Positions 53,926 to 64,000 of a stretch of 64,000 bases of DNA are shown piece by piece. Location: IMG/VR virus record IMGVR_UViG_3300037461_000547, positions 17,332 through 81,331 of that record, one strand, 5' to 3'. The translations under genes and the position numbers were made by a program. Numbering within the stretch: position 1 is the stretch's first letter; each line of letters starts with the position of its first letter. Source of the stretch: a virus (Duplodnaviria > Caudoviricetes). Below the pieces are notes generated by a model. That model ran no database searches. It saw only the letters and a program-made list of their open reading frames with translations, and was not told the origin of the DNA.

Positions 53926-56367
53926 TTAGCCCCTATATACTGTGGTTAAGATACCACCAACATAGTACCATTCTCCAGAATGTTTAGCAACGATTATCCG
54001 ATTATTAACGCTTAGTTTTGGTATTTGATACGTGTATATTCCACCGTATGTCGATTGTAAATTCACTGTGACGTTTGACCATTCACCGGCCGTTTGTTCA
54101 ATATCATCTTCATTGTAAAAATTTACTTGGCACGTTGTGCCACTTATACTTTTTATGACACAAAAGTAGACATAACTCCAAGAAATGTCAGGCTTTGTTT
54201 CTGCATTGTTGATATTTATTGCATTATCAGGTTCGACATAAATTTCTGGTGTATAATCAACGAGCGTTCTTCCCTCAATAGGATTATCTGGTGTCGGGTC
54301 GCCAACACTTGTAACATACGCGTCACTACTCTGTGTAAGAGTCCCAGCTATAACGGGCGTCCAGATATTATATGTCAAAAGATTTTTATCCATGTCATAG
54401 ACAATATCTATAAGCAACCCGTAAACAGAAGATGACGCAATAGGATTATTTGTAAAATTAAGATTCACGTAATCACCAACGTCCAAACCAACTAACGGGA
54501 GTGGTGTACTTACGCTCAAGATTTTCCACACATTTGATTTTCTGTTCAACCAAAATTGCAACGATTTCTGGACAACAGATTTTATATTGTATGCGTAAAA
54601 ATTAAAATCTTGTTTTTTATTCCCGAACAAATCTACATTGTTTTCTAACGTAAGTTCATACGCTTTTGTTTGACTTCCTTCAAGTTTCCATGTTGCTTTT
54701 GCTTTAGTTATTAAATCAACATCGTCGGTCAAAGACACAGATATTGATTTATGTAGCGCTTTGGATTCAGCCAACGTCCCTGAACCACTTATAGGTTCTC
54801 TGCTTAAAAGTTTATAATAGACGGTATTGTGTCTAATGAAAATACCCATACGTGCCTGCCAAGCTAAATCTTGAATTAGATCAAGAACATTGAGTTCATC
54901 AACAAGGAATCCGTGCATGGGATATTTTGTAACTAAAACACCGATTAAAGTTCTTGATGACACGTCAGAGGACAAATCACTAAAATATGTCACAAACGTT
55001 TCTATAAGTGTTGCTGTATTATAACTTAATGTCGACCATAGAGAAACATAAATGACATCATCTTTCCATTTCTCATCCACATATCTATGTAACGGTGTTT
55101 CGAATTTAATTGCCGTACAAACTGTATTAGCATCAGGGTTATTGGTTTTATATCTATCAGGGACGGGATAATCATAATCAATAGTAAATCGCGATGACGG
55201 TACAGCAACTAATTTTTGAATATCATTCATACCGTATGAGCGATATGCCATAACTTCTGCAATACCTGTCGATTCAAACAAATTTGCAATATACACAGTT
55301 TCAATGTTAGGGTCATCGACCCAATAAATAACGCTTCCCGACAATATGACAGTATATGTTGCCATATTTGTAACATATCCTGTCCATGCATCATCAGGAA
55401 ATCCACGTACCTCAGTAAATGATGTGGGTTGTGTGCCTGTGCTTGAATACCAGTCTGACGTGAACCAACATTTTTTACCGTCTTGACGGATACACTTTTG
55501 AAACTTTGTTCCAGTATAACAATAAAGATTCAAAAGATTTTTGCTTGAATCGCTTATCCATAAAACAGTATGATTGCTGTAATCTTCATCCGCATGGTGT
55601 AACGTGCGCGATTCTATTGTAACACCCGTGTACCACGTTCCATTCATTGTGCCAGCAGCAATAGTTAAAATATCTCCTTCTATTTCTCCTGTGCATTTAA
55701 TATTTTTTATTGAGTATGTTTGTGAACCTGTTGGAACACTACCTGTATAATTAACCTTAACTTCTACTTCTGAATCATCTAAAGGGAAATCGCTCTCAGT
55801 TTCTCCTCTGAACGGTTCAATAATTTTAAGGGCAGGCACACGTAAAGCACTACCCCAACACATAGGCCATGCTTGTCCTATTGCGCTTTCAAGCGCAACA
55901 ATAGGATAACCGTCCGCGGTATCATTATCCTGTAAAGAAAAACCTGCTGTGCGGTATCCCCAATCACTAATTATAGCAAAAGATAATGTTCGTTGCCCCT
56001 CATCCCAAATAATGGGTCCGCCAACTTTACCTGTGACCAATTTAATTCCGTCAGTCGCAATTTCAGTATACGCAAGATAACATTCAGCAACAAGACCAAG
56101 AATATTTTCTGTGTCAAATACCGTTTTCAAATCTCCAGAGGAGTCATCAAGTACAACACTTAAAACACCGATGTTATTTATTTGTCCAACTGAAAATGAT
56201 TCATTGAATCCTGAAATACTTAATACATTCGCATAATCAACACCAGTTATTGATTTTTCACCGTAATAAACATCTCCATCGTACCACCCTATTTTGATAA
56301 TTAAAACAGGTTCTGTGGCTTTGATTGTATCAATCTTAGTTTGTGCACCACTGGATACAGTTTTCAT
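53926..56367 (-). CDS. Tail tip / baseplate hub-like protein
   Basis: 813 aa, third gene after the tape measure; position typical of Tal/hub. Confidence 0.65.
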   Translation of the reverse strand: MKTVSSGAQTKIDTIKATEPVLIIKIGWYDGDVYYGEKSITGVDYANVLSISGFNESFSVGQINNIGVLSVVLDDSSGDLKTVFDTENILGLVAECYLAYTEIATDGIKLVTGKVGGPIIWDEGQRTLSFAIISDWGYRTAGFSLQDNDTADGYPIVALESAIGQAWPMCWGSALRVPALKIIEPFRGETESDFPLDDSEVEVKVNYTGSVPTGSQTYSIKNIKCTGEIEGDILTIAAGTMNGTWYTGVTIESRTLHHADEDYSNHTVLWISDSSKNLLNLYCYTGTKFQKCIRQDGKKCWFTSDWYSSTGTQPTSFTEVRGFPDDAWTGYVTNMATYTVILSGSVIYWVDDPNIETVYIANLFESTGIAEVMAYRSYGMNDIQKLVAVPSSRFTIDYDYPVPDRYKTNNPDANTVCTAIKFETPLHRYVDEKWKDDVIYVSLWSTLSYNTATLIETFVTYFSDLSSDVSSRTLIGVLVTKYPMHGFLVDELNVLDLIQDLAWQARMGIFIRHNTVYYKLLSREPISGSGTLAESKALHKSISVSLTDDVDLITKAKATWKLEGSQTKAYELTLENNVDLFGNKKQDFNFYAYNIKSVVQKSLQFWLNRKSNVWKILSVSTPLPLVGLDVGDYVNLNFTNNPIASSSVYGLLIDIVYDMDKNLLTYNIWTPVIAGTLTQSSDAYVTSVGDPTPDNPIEGRTLVDYTPEIYVEPDNAININNAETKPDISWSYVYFCVIKSISGTTCQVNFYNEDDIEQTAGEWSNVTVNLQSTYGGIYTYQIPKLSVNNRIIVAKHSGEWYYVGGILTTVYRG

Positions 56368-56756
56368 GCGTATACTGCCCCTTCAAACTCTAACGTAATT
56401 GAACCGAGTTCGGTTTGATATGTGTTACCACCCGTTTCAAAACATGAACCCTCACCAATACCGCGTGAAGTCCAAACAATACTTGCGGGATTTGTGCGAA
56501 TATAACCACCCCAAGTAACACTGTCCCAATCAATGAGTGTAATAAATGTGCCTGCTGTGCTTATGAGGTACGCTTTCAATGCCACAAATGTTCCATAACT
56601 GAGATTAGAGATTGTGAATGTTAAATGGTAATCAGCAGATTTGCGAACGTATGTGTACAGTGTTCCGTCCATCATACGATGTGCGTTCATTTCTATGATT
56701 CTTGATTTAGAGTCACCCCATTCGGGATTTGGAAGTGTGATTGTGCCAATCTGCAT
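56364..56756 (-). CDS. Distal-tail-like protein
   Basis: TLPNP...RMMDGTLYT, similar to its neighbour; position after the tape measure. Confidence 0.55.
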   Translation of the reverse strand: MQIGTITLPNPEWGDSKSRIIEMNAHRMMDGTLYTYVRKSADYHLTFTISNLSYGTFVALKAYLISTAGTFITLIDWDSVTWGGYIRTNPASIVWTSRGIGEGSCFETGGNTYQTELGSITLEFEGAVYA

Positions 56757-57137
56757 TTATACAACCTCCAATTCAAGACTTATATTACGTTGTCCTTTTG
56801 CATTTGGATAATCAACAACATCACGCCCTTCTTGTATTGTATTATTGTTAAGCGTCAATACTATTACATCGAAAGAATCACCACGATAATCAACATACGT
56901 TATTTGTTCACCAGCGTGTTCATATAGGAAAGTTAATAAATCATCAACAAGATTAATGTCTAAAAAACGCCATGTTACATTGAATCGTTCAATAGTCTGC
57001 CAATTAGCATCGTTGACCGCTAATATCTCCTGTCCACTCGTCCTACGCACGATTGACGGGTCTTGCCACCATTCTGAATCCCCTAAAATTGGATTGGGCA
57101 ATTCAAGTATTTCTTCATCTATCGTAAATGTTACCAT
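56757..57137 (-). CDS. Distal-tail-like protein
   Basis: ELPNP...RRTSG; directly after the tape measure. Confidence 0.55.
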   Translation of the reverse strand: MVTFTIDEEILELPNPILGDSEWWQDPSIVRRTSGQEILAVNDANWQTIERFNVTWRFLDINLVDDLLTFLYEHAGEQITYVDYRGDSFDVIVLTLNNNTIQEGRDVVDYPNAKGQRNISLELEVV

Positions 57138-60100
57138 GATAATCTTCCCCGACGTATCTCTCTACGGAGTTCTATCCCGATTTCTTGTGCAGTTTGTCGT
57201 GGCGTATTACCACCTGCAACATTTACATTTATGTCCCCAACTGAAATTGTGTCACTGGATTGCGTAAATCTACTTGCGTTATGTGCGAAATTCATTGGAA
57301 CTAATTGTTGTAGGAATTTCTTAGTCGCAGATTTACTTAAAACAAATTCCCCAGGTGTCAACATAGCAGGTACAGTGTCTGTTGATTTTGGAATAAACTG
57401 TCCGGCCGTTGCGTAAACCGCTTTTTCCTTTGTGTTAGGAACAATCTGTCCTGCTACAGCATGAATCGCCCCACCTACAGATTTAGGTTGAATTGGTAAC
57501 TGTTGTTTTTCATTTATTGTGTTTAGATTTGAAATAACTTCTTTTAATATGTTGTTCAACGCACTAAAATCAGATTTGCCTGTGGACGCTAAATTAGATA
57601 ATGCGTTCATGGCATTATTGGATGAAGTTGTTATATTGTCTAAATTAAGTGTGACATCAACAAGAAGTTGAATGTATTCTCGTAATATTTGTTCACTTTC
57701 CTCAGAAATTAAATTTATTGAGATTGCACTTATCGTTGTTGCCAACGTTTGTATTTGTTGCAATTCCGATAACATATTTCCGTAAGACGGTACACCCATC
57801 TGTGGATACATCTGTTGGCCAAACATCTGTTGTGGAAACATTTGCTGTTGACCGTACATCTGTTGTTGACCGTACATCTGCTGTGGGTACATCTGCTGTG
57901 GATAAATTTGTTCAGGGTATATTTGTTTTGGGAAAAACATTTGTTGATTACCCCAAATCTTTTGTAAGATACCCATTCGGGATTCCATCATTTTCTCAAT
58001 CTGCATCCACGGCGTTTCAAATGGGGACATTCCTTTTTCACGTGGCTCACGCTGTCGCGGTTCACGTTCACGTGGCTCACGCACACGACCACCACCGCGC
58101 TCATCACGCTTTTGTAAACGCACACTTTCCAAATGTTGATTGTGTAAATCACGAGCATTTTCTCGTAATATTTTTAGTACACCCTTGTCCGTTGTTTTTG
58201 AGTAAACGTCTCTGATTGCATTCATCTCTTGTCTGTATGTTGTTTTCTCAGGACTTATTACACGTGTTTCTTGTTTTTGTGTATTTAATTCTTTTAACTT
58301 TTCAAACAATTTATTAAAAGAATTTTCAATATTATCATAGGATTTATTGTTCTCAGGTGAAATTGTTCTCAGGTTCTGTAATGTCGTTTGATATTCTTTA
58401 ATACGTTCTGCTATTTCTTTAATTCTTAATGGTATCTCGTCCGACTGTCTTTCTGAAATCATTTCCTGTGTAAGACTGTCGATGGCTTCCGTTATTTCTT
58501 GAACACCCTCACCCCAAGTTTCCGCAATATTTGATGGAAATATTTTATCTTCAATTTCTACTTGAGGTCTATCGTATTTAGTGTCCCAACCATTGACAAA
58601 ACGATTTGGATGGTTGTCATCCTTAAACGGACTACCCCAATGATATAGATTATCCGTTGGATCAATAGCTGGTTCTATACGTGCCTTCCATGCTTTACGA
58701 TAGTCATAATACTGTCTTTCATCATCGGGATTTGGATTTAGGTGGGCTGGACGTCCTTGTGGGTCAATGATGTTATTCGTGTCATAGTATTTATTTATTT
58801 TATTAACCCATGCAGAATACCATGCTTGGAAAGTTGCCTCATCTTCTGGTTTTAATTCCAAATGTAGAGATTGTGGTTCTACAGTTGCCATCGCCGCCGC
58901 GGTCATTGCCTGCATCGCGGCATTTAATAACAATGTTCCACCACCCTGATTATAGCTCATTGGTTTTGAAGTCATTTGTTCAGGTGTGGGTGTTGGGGTG
59001 CCATATCTACCAATGTTCTCAATACGCTTTTCAAATGAGCTGACAGATTGTTCTGCTGTGTTTATTTGTATAATGATTGTATCAAGTAGTTTTGATAATT
59101 CTTGGAAATTATTGATCCCTATTTGTGCTGCCTTGTCAAGGTTCACATGGATATTGGCTGTTATATTATAAAATTCAGCAGCTTTTGTGAGTTCTTCATT
59201 GAGCGCGTCAATGGCCTGTTGCGCTTTATCTTCTACAACGTAAGATTCTTGAATTTTTTCAAATGCATCACTGATAATTTTTAATAAGTTTTCATAACTT
59301 GCGATTTCTTGTATTGGAACTTTTTCTAATATAATTTCCTGAGGAATTCCCTCAACCTGTACTGATGTTGTAATGACTTCAAGTTTTTTCAACTTAGCAA
59401 GAACAGTATAAAATTCATTGTACGCAGCAGTCAGTTTCGTTACATCTTTTTCAGTTGTTATCGTCTGGACAAGTTGTTGTAATTCTTTGACATATTCAGT
59501 TGTTCCACCTTCACCGACCGTTCGTTGCGGTACTTTCATTACATCAGCGAGAGCTTTGCTTATTTTATCTAAATATTCGAGTCTATTTCCTTGTGCTGTT
59601 TCAGCTTGTTTAGTTGCATTACGTATTTCTTCATTGTAACGCATTATAGCTTTAACAGCATTTTCTGTCGCAGTTTTTGTTTTGTCTATCGCTGAACTCC
59701 AACCAGTTATCGACGCTTCAATTTGTTGGGTTTGATTTAATAAATCAGTTAATTGATTGGCAGTATCACCGAGACCAAGTTCTACAAGTGTTAGTGTTTT
59801 TCCTTCTGTTAATAACGTTTTAATTCGCTCTATTTCTCTTGTTGATGTTTCACCAAAAACAACACCTTTTAACGCGTTAGCGATAAGTTCACCGACAGCC
59901 GAGCCAATTCCTTTTGCTTCTTCAATGAGTTTTAATCGGGATTCTTCTAATCTAATTATTGCCTGTTCTGCTTCAAAAATAATTTCATTTTGTGTTTCTT
60001 TTTCTTTTTCCGCCACAGCCTCTAACGCGGACATTCCTTCTTCAAGAGCTTTTGCTGCTTTGTCATACGTTGTTTTCTGTTTGGCAGGGTCAACACCTTC

Positions 60101-63100
60101 AAATTTTTCATTTTCAAAAGAGGGGAAATCAGACTTATATAAATTAGGTTGTCCTCTACGCGCGTTCATTCTTGAACGTAGTTCTGTGTAATATTGATTC
60201 TGATACTTTGCACGTGCGTTATTTGTTTTTACTATTTCACGTTGTTTGTCCTCTTCAATTTTTATTTCAAGAGACGCGATTTCTTGGACAATTTCTTTGT
60301 AACGATTAAACGCAGATTCTGCTTTTTCAAAGTCCGGCGCCAACTGTATTTCTCTTAATGTTTGTGCTTCTCTTTCATACAGGGCTTTAAGTTGTTGTTC
60401 TGTTGTCCGTCCTTTTTGTTGAAAATCAAATATAGTATCAAGATAATTTTCACGGATGTCCGTCATCCGTTTATCGACGTCCTCAATAGCTTTAGTTGCT
60501 TCTTTTATTGAATCTTGTAACTCGTCATAAACGCCTTTGAGTGAGTCAACGACGTTTTTAACATTGTCCCCAAAACTCTTAACCATTTCCTCTTGTAATT
60601 TTTGTATGTCCTCAAGTTTCTTTTGTAAGACATCAAAACCAACGCCAAGAACTTTGTACTTATCAGACGCTGAATCCACAGGTTCAATAAAAGCAATATC
60701 AAACGCTGTTCTTAATTCATTAGTTTTATGTATGACACCTTCCATATCCGCATTTATTGTTGCGAATACACGTTTTACTTGTGTGTCATCAATTGCGGTT
60801 GTTAAATTTTTAAGACCTTCTTTGATTAATTCTCGATTAACAGAATCAGGTTTTTGTCGTGTACGATTTCTAAAATCCTCTAAGAGTTGTTCCCTTCTCC
60901 TTAAATTATCTATTTCGGCACCCATTTGTGCTAAACTCTCTTTAGCTTGTCTGACTTCCTGTGCCCATTCAATCATTTTACCGATAGCAAATGACGCGGC
61001 TACAACAGCTGCAGCAGCTAAAACAGTGTATGTTGTTGAAATATATGCGGCTTTTATTGCACGTTGTGCCGCAATAGTCTTTTCAGACATGTGAATCATG
61101 GTAACTTCAGCAGCAGAAAATGCAGCAGCTTGTTCTGTAACATTAGCTGTACCGCGTTTCACAGCGTCATTTGTCAACATTAAACGTTCGTGTAAACTTA
61201 CCTGTAATGCTTTTTGAGCTTTGAGTTGTTCCATAAATGCTACTTTCGCAGCATGTACTGAACTTCTCATATGCAAATAGTGTCCACTTATTACCAATAA
61301 AATTGGTGAGAACCCTTTTAATACTGTCGTGAGCAATTTAACAATATTCAATAATCCTGAAACTTCTTTAGTCGTTCCATTGATGGTTGTGGTAGTTGTT
61401 TTGAATGCGTCAGTAAGATTTAATAATGTCTCTGTTATAGATTCACCCAATCCGATTTGTACATAGTTTTTAACTTGATTAAATGCAAGTTTTGCTCTTT
61501 CTCCGGTTGTTTTGAATTGATAATTAAGTGCTTCTTGATATTCAACTGCGGCTGTTTCATCCAATGAATCAAGAATCTCTACATACCCCTTAACATCTGA
61601 CAGTAAGGCAGCCATACCAGTTGCAGGGCGTATATTATTAAAGAGATCAGCAATTTCAGATGCCGTTCCTTTTGTTTCCGTGTACAGTTTTTCAATCACA
61701 CCCATCCAACCGTATGTTGCAATTGCGGCTTCAGCAGATTTGACGCCCCATCTATCAAATAATGCCGTCATATCTTCTGTGGGTTTTGCTAATTTCATTA
61801 TGATGCCACGAATCAAAGTCATGGCTTCATGTGCTCGCACACCGCGTAATGTGATATGTGCAAGAGTCGCAGAAACTTCTTCAAGACTGATACCTAATTG
61901 TGCTGCTGGAACTGTTATACGTCCAAAAGTTTCTGCTATTTCTTCAGCTCTAACACGTCCCAAGTCAATCGTCTTAAATAAAATACTTGAAACACGTGTT
62001 ACTTCTGTTGCACTCATGCCATAAGCATTAAGCACAGCTGTTAAAACATTCACAGAGTCTGCTGCTGTTGACGCTGTGACTTTAGCGAAATCAAAAACAG
62101 ATTCACTGAATCTTTCTGTTTGAAAAGCGCCTTCTGTTAATTGGTTAGACAATAATTCATATGCAGATTTAGCTGTATCAACTAAGTCAATACCCCACGC
62201 ATCAGACAATCTAACAAGCGAATTTGACCAACCATCGACAGAGGATTGTAATCTTTGGCTGATTGTTTGAATCTCAACCAATTTGGTATGAAACATTACA
62301 ATTCTATCGATCGACGAGCGTAAGACATTTATTAACTGATGAAAAGCACGCCTAATAATATGCACAAGTAAAACACGTTCAAGTGTTCGCCAAGACAAAA
62401 TTGTTTGTTGTAATGCTTCTTTGGACGCTGCTCCAAATAACATTGTCCGTAAAATTGTGCGTCTTGTCGCGTCTGCAACTTTATTTTGTGCGCGCACTTG
62501 CGTGTCGGCCGCTTTTTGTGCCGCAGCTTCTTCGCGTGCTACTGCGTTGATTCTTTGTGTAACGAGGGACAATCTTTCACGTGCTTCTTGTCTTTCACGA
62601 TTCCAACGTTGTTCTCTACGCGATTCTGCTTGAGATTCTGCTTGTTCTCTACGTGCAATAGATTCTTCGTACGCTCTATCTTCTGCTTCTTGCGCCCTGA
62701 AAATTTCTTTTTCACGTTGTTCCGTTAATTTTATATAATCACGTAATTCTTTACCTTCCTCTCTACCAACGACCGCCGCAGATTTAAGTTCTGTGGACAA
62801 TGCTTTTTGTGCAGGCGTTCCTTTTACAGTTTCCCGCATCATCTTTTTCTGTGTTGCAACAATTTTAGCGAGTTGAGCTTGTGTTAATGCTTTCTCGCTC
62901 TCTGTTAAATTTTGATTTGCAACAGTTAAATCTTTAGTTTGAACTACCGCTGCACGATTAAGTGCATTAACGGCGCTTTGCTGTCTATTATATTCATCTA
63001 AAGTTTTAACAACTTTAGCATATATCAACGCTAAACTGGTATTTTTCTCCGTGATTCGTTGTAAAATACCTGTGGCCGTAGTTTGGTTGTCAAGTTGTAC

Positions 63101-63262
63101 TTGTATTGTTCTGTTTGCTTTCGCCGCCCACGTATCAAAGTTTTCAACAGCTTTTGCCGCCGTGGTAAAAGCCGCTCTCAACTTATCAGGAACGGCCGAA
63201 ATTAACTCCCCACCTTCCGTACCGTATTCTGTTATAACTCTATTTCTGATTTCTTCGCCCAT
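57131..63262 (-). CDS. Tail tape measure protein
   Basis: 2043 aa, helical; TP901-like core (VLTAVLNAYG...KTIDLG); C-terminal TDTVPAMLTPGEFV. Confidence 0.93.
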   Translation of the reverse strand: MGEEIRNRVITEYGTEGGELISAVPDKLRAAFTTAAKAVENFDTWAAKANRTIQVQLDNQTTATGILQRITEKNTSLALIYAKVVKTLDEYNRQQSAVNALNRAAVVQTKDLTVANQNLTESEKALTQAQLAKIVATQKKMMRETVKGTPAQKALSTELKSAAVVGREEGKELRDYIKLTEQREKEIFRAQEAEDRAYEESIARREQAESQAESRREQRWNRERQEARERLSLVTQRINAVAREEAAAQKAADTQVRAQNKVADATRRTILRTMLFGAASKEALQQTILSWRTLERVLLVHIIRRAFHQLINVLRSSIDRIVMFHTKLVEIQTISQRLQSSVDGWSNSLVRLSDAWGIDLVDTAKSAYELLSNQLTEGAFQTERFSESVFDFAKVTASTAADSVNVLTAVLNAYGMSATEVTRVSSILFKTIDLGRVRAEEIAETFGRITVPAAQLGISLEEVSATLAHITLRGVRAHEAMTLIRGIIMKLAKPTEDMTALFDRWGVKSAEAAIATYGWMGVIEKLYTETKGTASEIADLFNNIRPATGMAALLSDVKGYVEILDSLDETAAVEYQEALNYQFKTTGERAKLAFNQVKNYVQIGLGESITETLLNLTDAFKTTTTTINGTTKEVSGLLNIVKLLTTVLKGFSPILLVISGHYLHMRSSVHAAKVAFMEQLKAQKALQVSLHERLMLTNDAVKRGTANVTEQAAAFSAAEVTMIHMSEKTIAAQRAIKAAYISTTYTVLAAAAVVAASFAIGKMIEWAQEVRQAKESLAQMGAEIDNLRRREQLLEDFRNRTRQKPDSVNRELIKEGLKNLTTAIDDTQVKRVFATINADMEGVIHKTNELRTAFDIAFIEPVDSASDKYKVLGVGFDVLQKKLEDIQKLQEEMVKSFGDNVKNVVDSLKGVYDELQDSIKEATKAIEDVDKRMTDIRENYLDTIFDFQQKGRTTEQQLKALYEREAQTLREIQLAPDFEKAESAFNRYKEIVQEIASLEIKIEEDKQREIVKTNNARAKYQNQYYTELRSRMNARRGQPNLYKSDFPSFENEKFEGVDPAKQKTTYDKAAKALEEGMSALEAVAEKEKETQNEIIFEAEQAIIRLEESRLKLIEEAKGIGSAVGELIANALKGVVFGETSTREIERIKTLLTEGKTLTLVELGLGDTANQLTDLLNQTQQIEASITGWSSAIDKTKTATENAVKAIMRYNEEIRNATKQAETAQGNRLEYLDKISKALADVMKVPQRTVGEGGTTEYVKELQQLVQTITTEKDVTKLTAAYNEFYTVLAKLKKLEVITTSVQVEGIPQEIILEKVPIQEIASYENLLKIISDAFEKIQESYVVEDKAQQAIDALNEELTKAAEFYNITANIHVNLDKAAQIGINNFQELSKLLDTIIIQINTAEQSVSSFEKRIENIGRYGTPTPTPEQMTSKPMSYNQGGGTLLLNAAMQAMTAAAMATVEPQSLHLELKPEDEATFQAWYSAWVNKINKYYDTNNIIDPQGRPAHLNPNPDDERQYYDYRKAWKARIEPAIDPTDNLYHWGSPFKDDNHPNRFVNGWDTKYDRPQVEIEDKIFPSNIAETWGEGVQEITEAIDSLTQEMISERQSDEIPLRIKEIAERIKEYQTTLQNLRTISPENNKSYDNIENSFNKLFEKLKELNTQKQETRVISPEKTTYRQEMNAIRDVYSKTTDKGVLKILRENARDLHNQHLESVRLQKRDERGGGRVREPREREPRQREPREKGMSPFETPWMQIEKMMESRMGILQKIWGNQQMFFPKQIYPEQIYPQQMYPQQMYGQQQMYGQQQMFPQQMFGQQMYPQMGVPSYGNMLSELQQIQTLATTISAISINLISEESEQILREYIQLLVDVTLNLDNITTSSNNAMNALSNLASTGKSDFSALNNILKEVISNLNTINEKQQLPIQPKSVGGAIHAVAGQIVPNTKEKAVYATAGQFIPKSTDTVPAMLTPGEFVLSKSATKKFLQQLVPMNFAHNASRFTQSSDTISVGDINVNVAGGNTPRQTAQEIGIELRREIRRGRLSW
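57797..58082 (-). repeat. Low-complexity coding repeats inside the tape measure
   Basis: REPREREPRQREPRE and QIYP/QQMYP/QQQMYG/QQMF tandem units. Confidence 0.85.
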
Positions 63263-63897
63263 TATTTTTTCTCCTCAACAACTTCAACGAAACCGGATAC
63301 AACACGTAATTTTGGATTATATTTTACAAATCTCCAACGACCGTATGTCGTTGGTTTGGGTGGATGTCGTGCATCATCCGTAAGGGATTGATATGCAATT
63401 TTCATTGCGTTTCTTACAGCGTGCCACGGTGGGTACACGACTTTACCCGTCATAGTTTTTCCACCTAAATGAAAACACGGTGCACCTGTATGTATATTCT
63501 CAATTTTATTTGTATCAACTTGATCATTAAGGTTAAAGTGATCAACAAACGTTTCCCAATTAAAGTTGAACCACATGTTTGCATCACCTTTTAGTATTGT
63601 CGTTTTCACACCCATCTTCCCACCTAAAGACTCACCTAATGCGCGTCGATCCGGCGCATCTTCAACAGGGATAATGGGTACGGCAAAACGTACGGCTCTG
63701 GCCAACGGTTTTATCGAGGCCAGAGCCATACCAGACCAGACGGGAACACTTTTATAGATTTCAGCACAAAAAGTACGGCCAGCTTTTCGTATTATCCGGT
63801 TTCCAAATTCAAAAACAGCTTTATTGAATTTATCAACGTTGAACTCATAAAATTTGAGTGTTAGCGATGCACTAATAAAATTTTTATTTGTGGACAT
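63262..63897 (-). CDS. Hypothetical tail/neck completion protein
   Basis: 211 aa immediately upstream of the tape measure. Confidence 0.6.
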   Translation of the reverse strand: MSTNKNFISASLTLKFYEFNVDKFNKAVFEFGNRIIRKAGRTFCAEIYKSVPVWSGMALASIKPLARAVRFAVPIIPVEDAPDRRALGESLGGKMGVKTTILKGDANMWFNFNWETFVDHFNLNDQVDTNKIENIHTGAPCFHLGGKTMTGKVVYPPWHAVRNAMKIAYQSLTDDARHPPKPTTYGRWRFVKYNPKLRVVSGFVEVVEEKK

Positions 63898-64000
63898 TAT
63901 GCTGGCGGACCTTTCGTTGCAACACCTATTGTTGCAAGTTCCATTTCTTCATACTCACGAATTTGTTCATACGTTAATAGTTGTGAAATTGTCCATGCTG
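63897..64000 (-). CDS. 3' end of a gene entering from the right edge (possible tail assembly chaperone)
   Basis: ...AWTISQLLTYEQIREYEEMELATIGVATKGPPA*, TAATG overlap. Confidence 0.5.
   Translation of the reverse strand, partial: AWTISQLLTYEQIREYEEMELATIGVATKGPPA

Noticed and set aside
777-63757. Numerous 60-170 aa ORFs antisense to or nested in long genes
   Set aside because: They lack RBS and motifs and lie opposite well-supported genes, so they were treated as shadow ORFs.
1-64000. Stop-codon reassignment (alternative genetic code)
   Set aside because: Long conserved genes are uninterrupted in code 11 and gene density is high. The few breaks are indels or a single leader stop.

Overview
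This window is about 64 kb of a large tailed-phage genome. It looks siphovirus-like (2043-aa tape measure protein plus tail genes) and reads in the standard genetic code. There are four transcription blocks. (1) A + strand operon at 197-3559 with small genes, a ParB-like gene and very dense RNA structure. (2) A long - strand block at 3955-34877 with accessory genes, nucleotide metabolism (dut, thyX, nrdJ, 5'-nucleotidase) and replication/repair genes (ligase, UvrD-like and SNF2-like helicases, PolA, SSB-like, two more ParB-like proteins, a sigma factor). (3) A divergent + block at 35294-41994 with a primase-helicase, a second sigma-like protein, a DUF5664-like hydrolase, three DNA methyltransferases and an exonuclease. 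(4) A - block at 41939-64000 with tail genes followed by a glycosyltransferase/methyltransferase cluster. The most unusual signal is non-coding. In the first operon at least four consecutive genes are looped out by long-range complementary flanks, including a 26-bp duplex whose only non-Watson-Crick pairs are G-U. These flanks have alternative, mutually exclusive pairings. The same operon holds a 217-nt tRNA-shaped RNA with a 120-nt insert in place of the anticodon loop and a 7-nt loop-loop complementarity. Further ncRNA candidates are a kissing-loop multi-way junction (9838-9941), an aberrant tRNA-like gene (10225-10304) and three ~120-nt elements with conserved ends. A PEP-CTERM protein hints at an exosortase-bearing Gram-negative host. 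All protein calls come from motif recognition by eye and all RNA folds from manual base-pairing; no database search or folding program was run.
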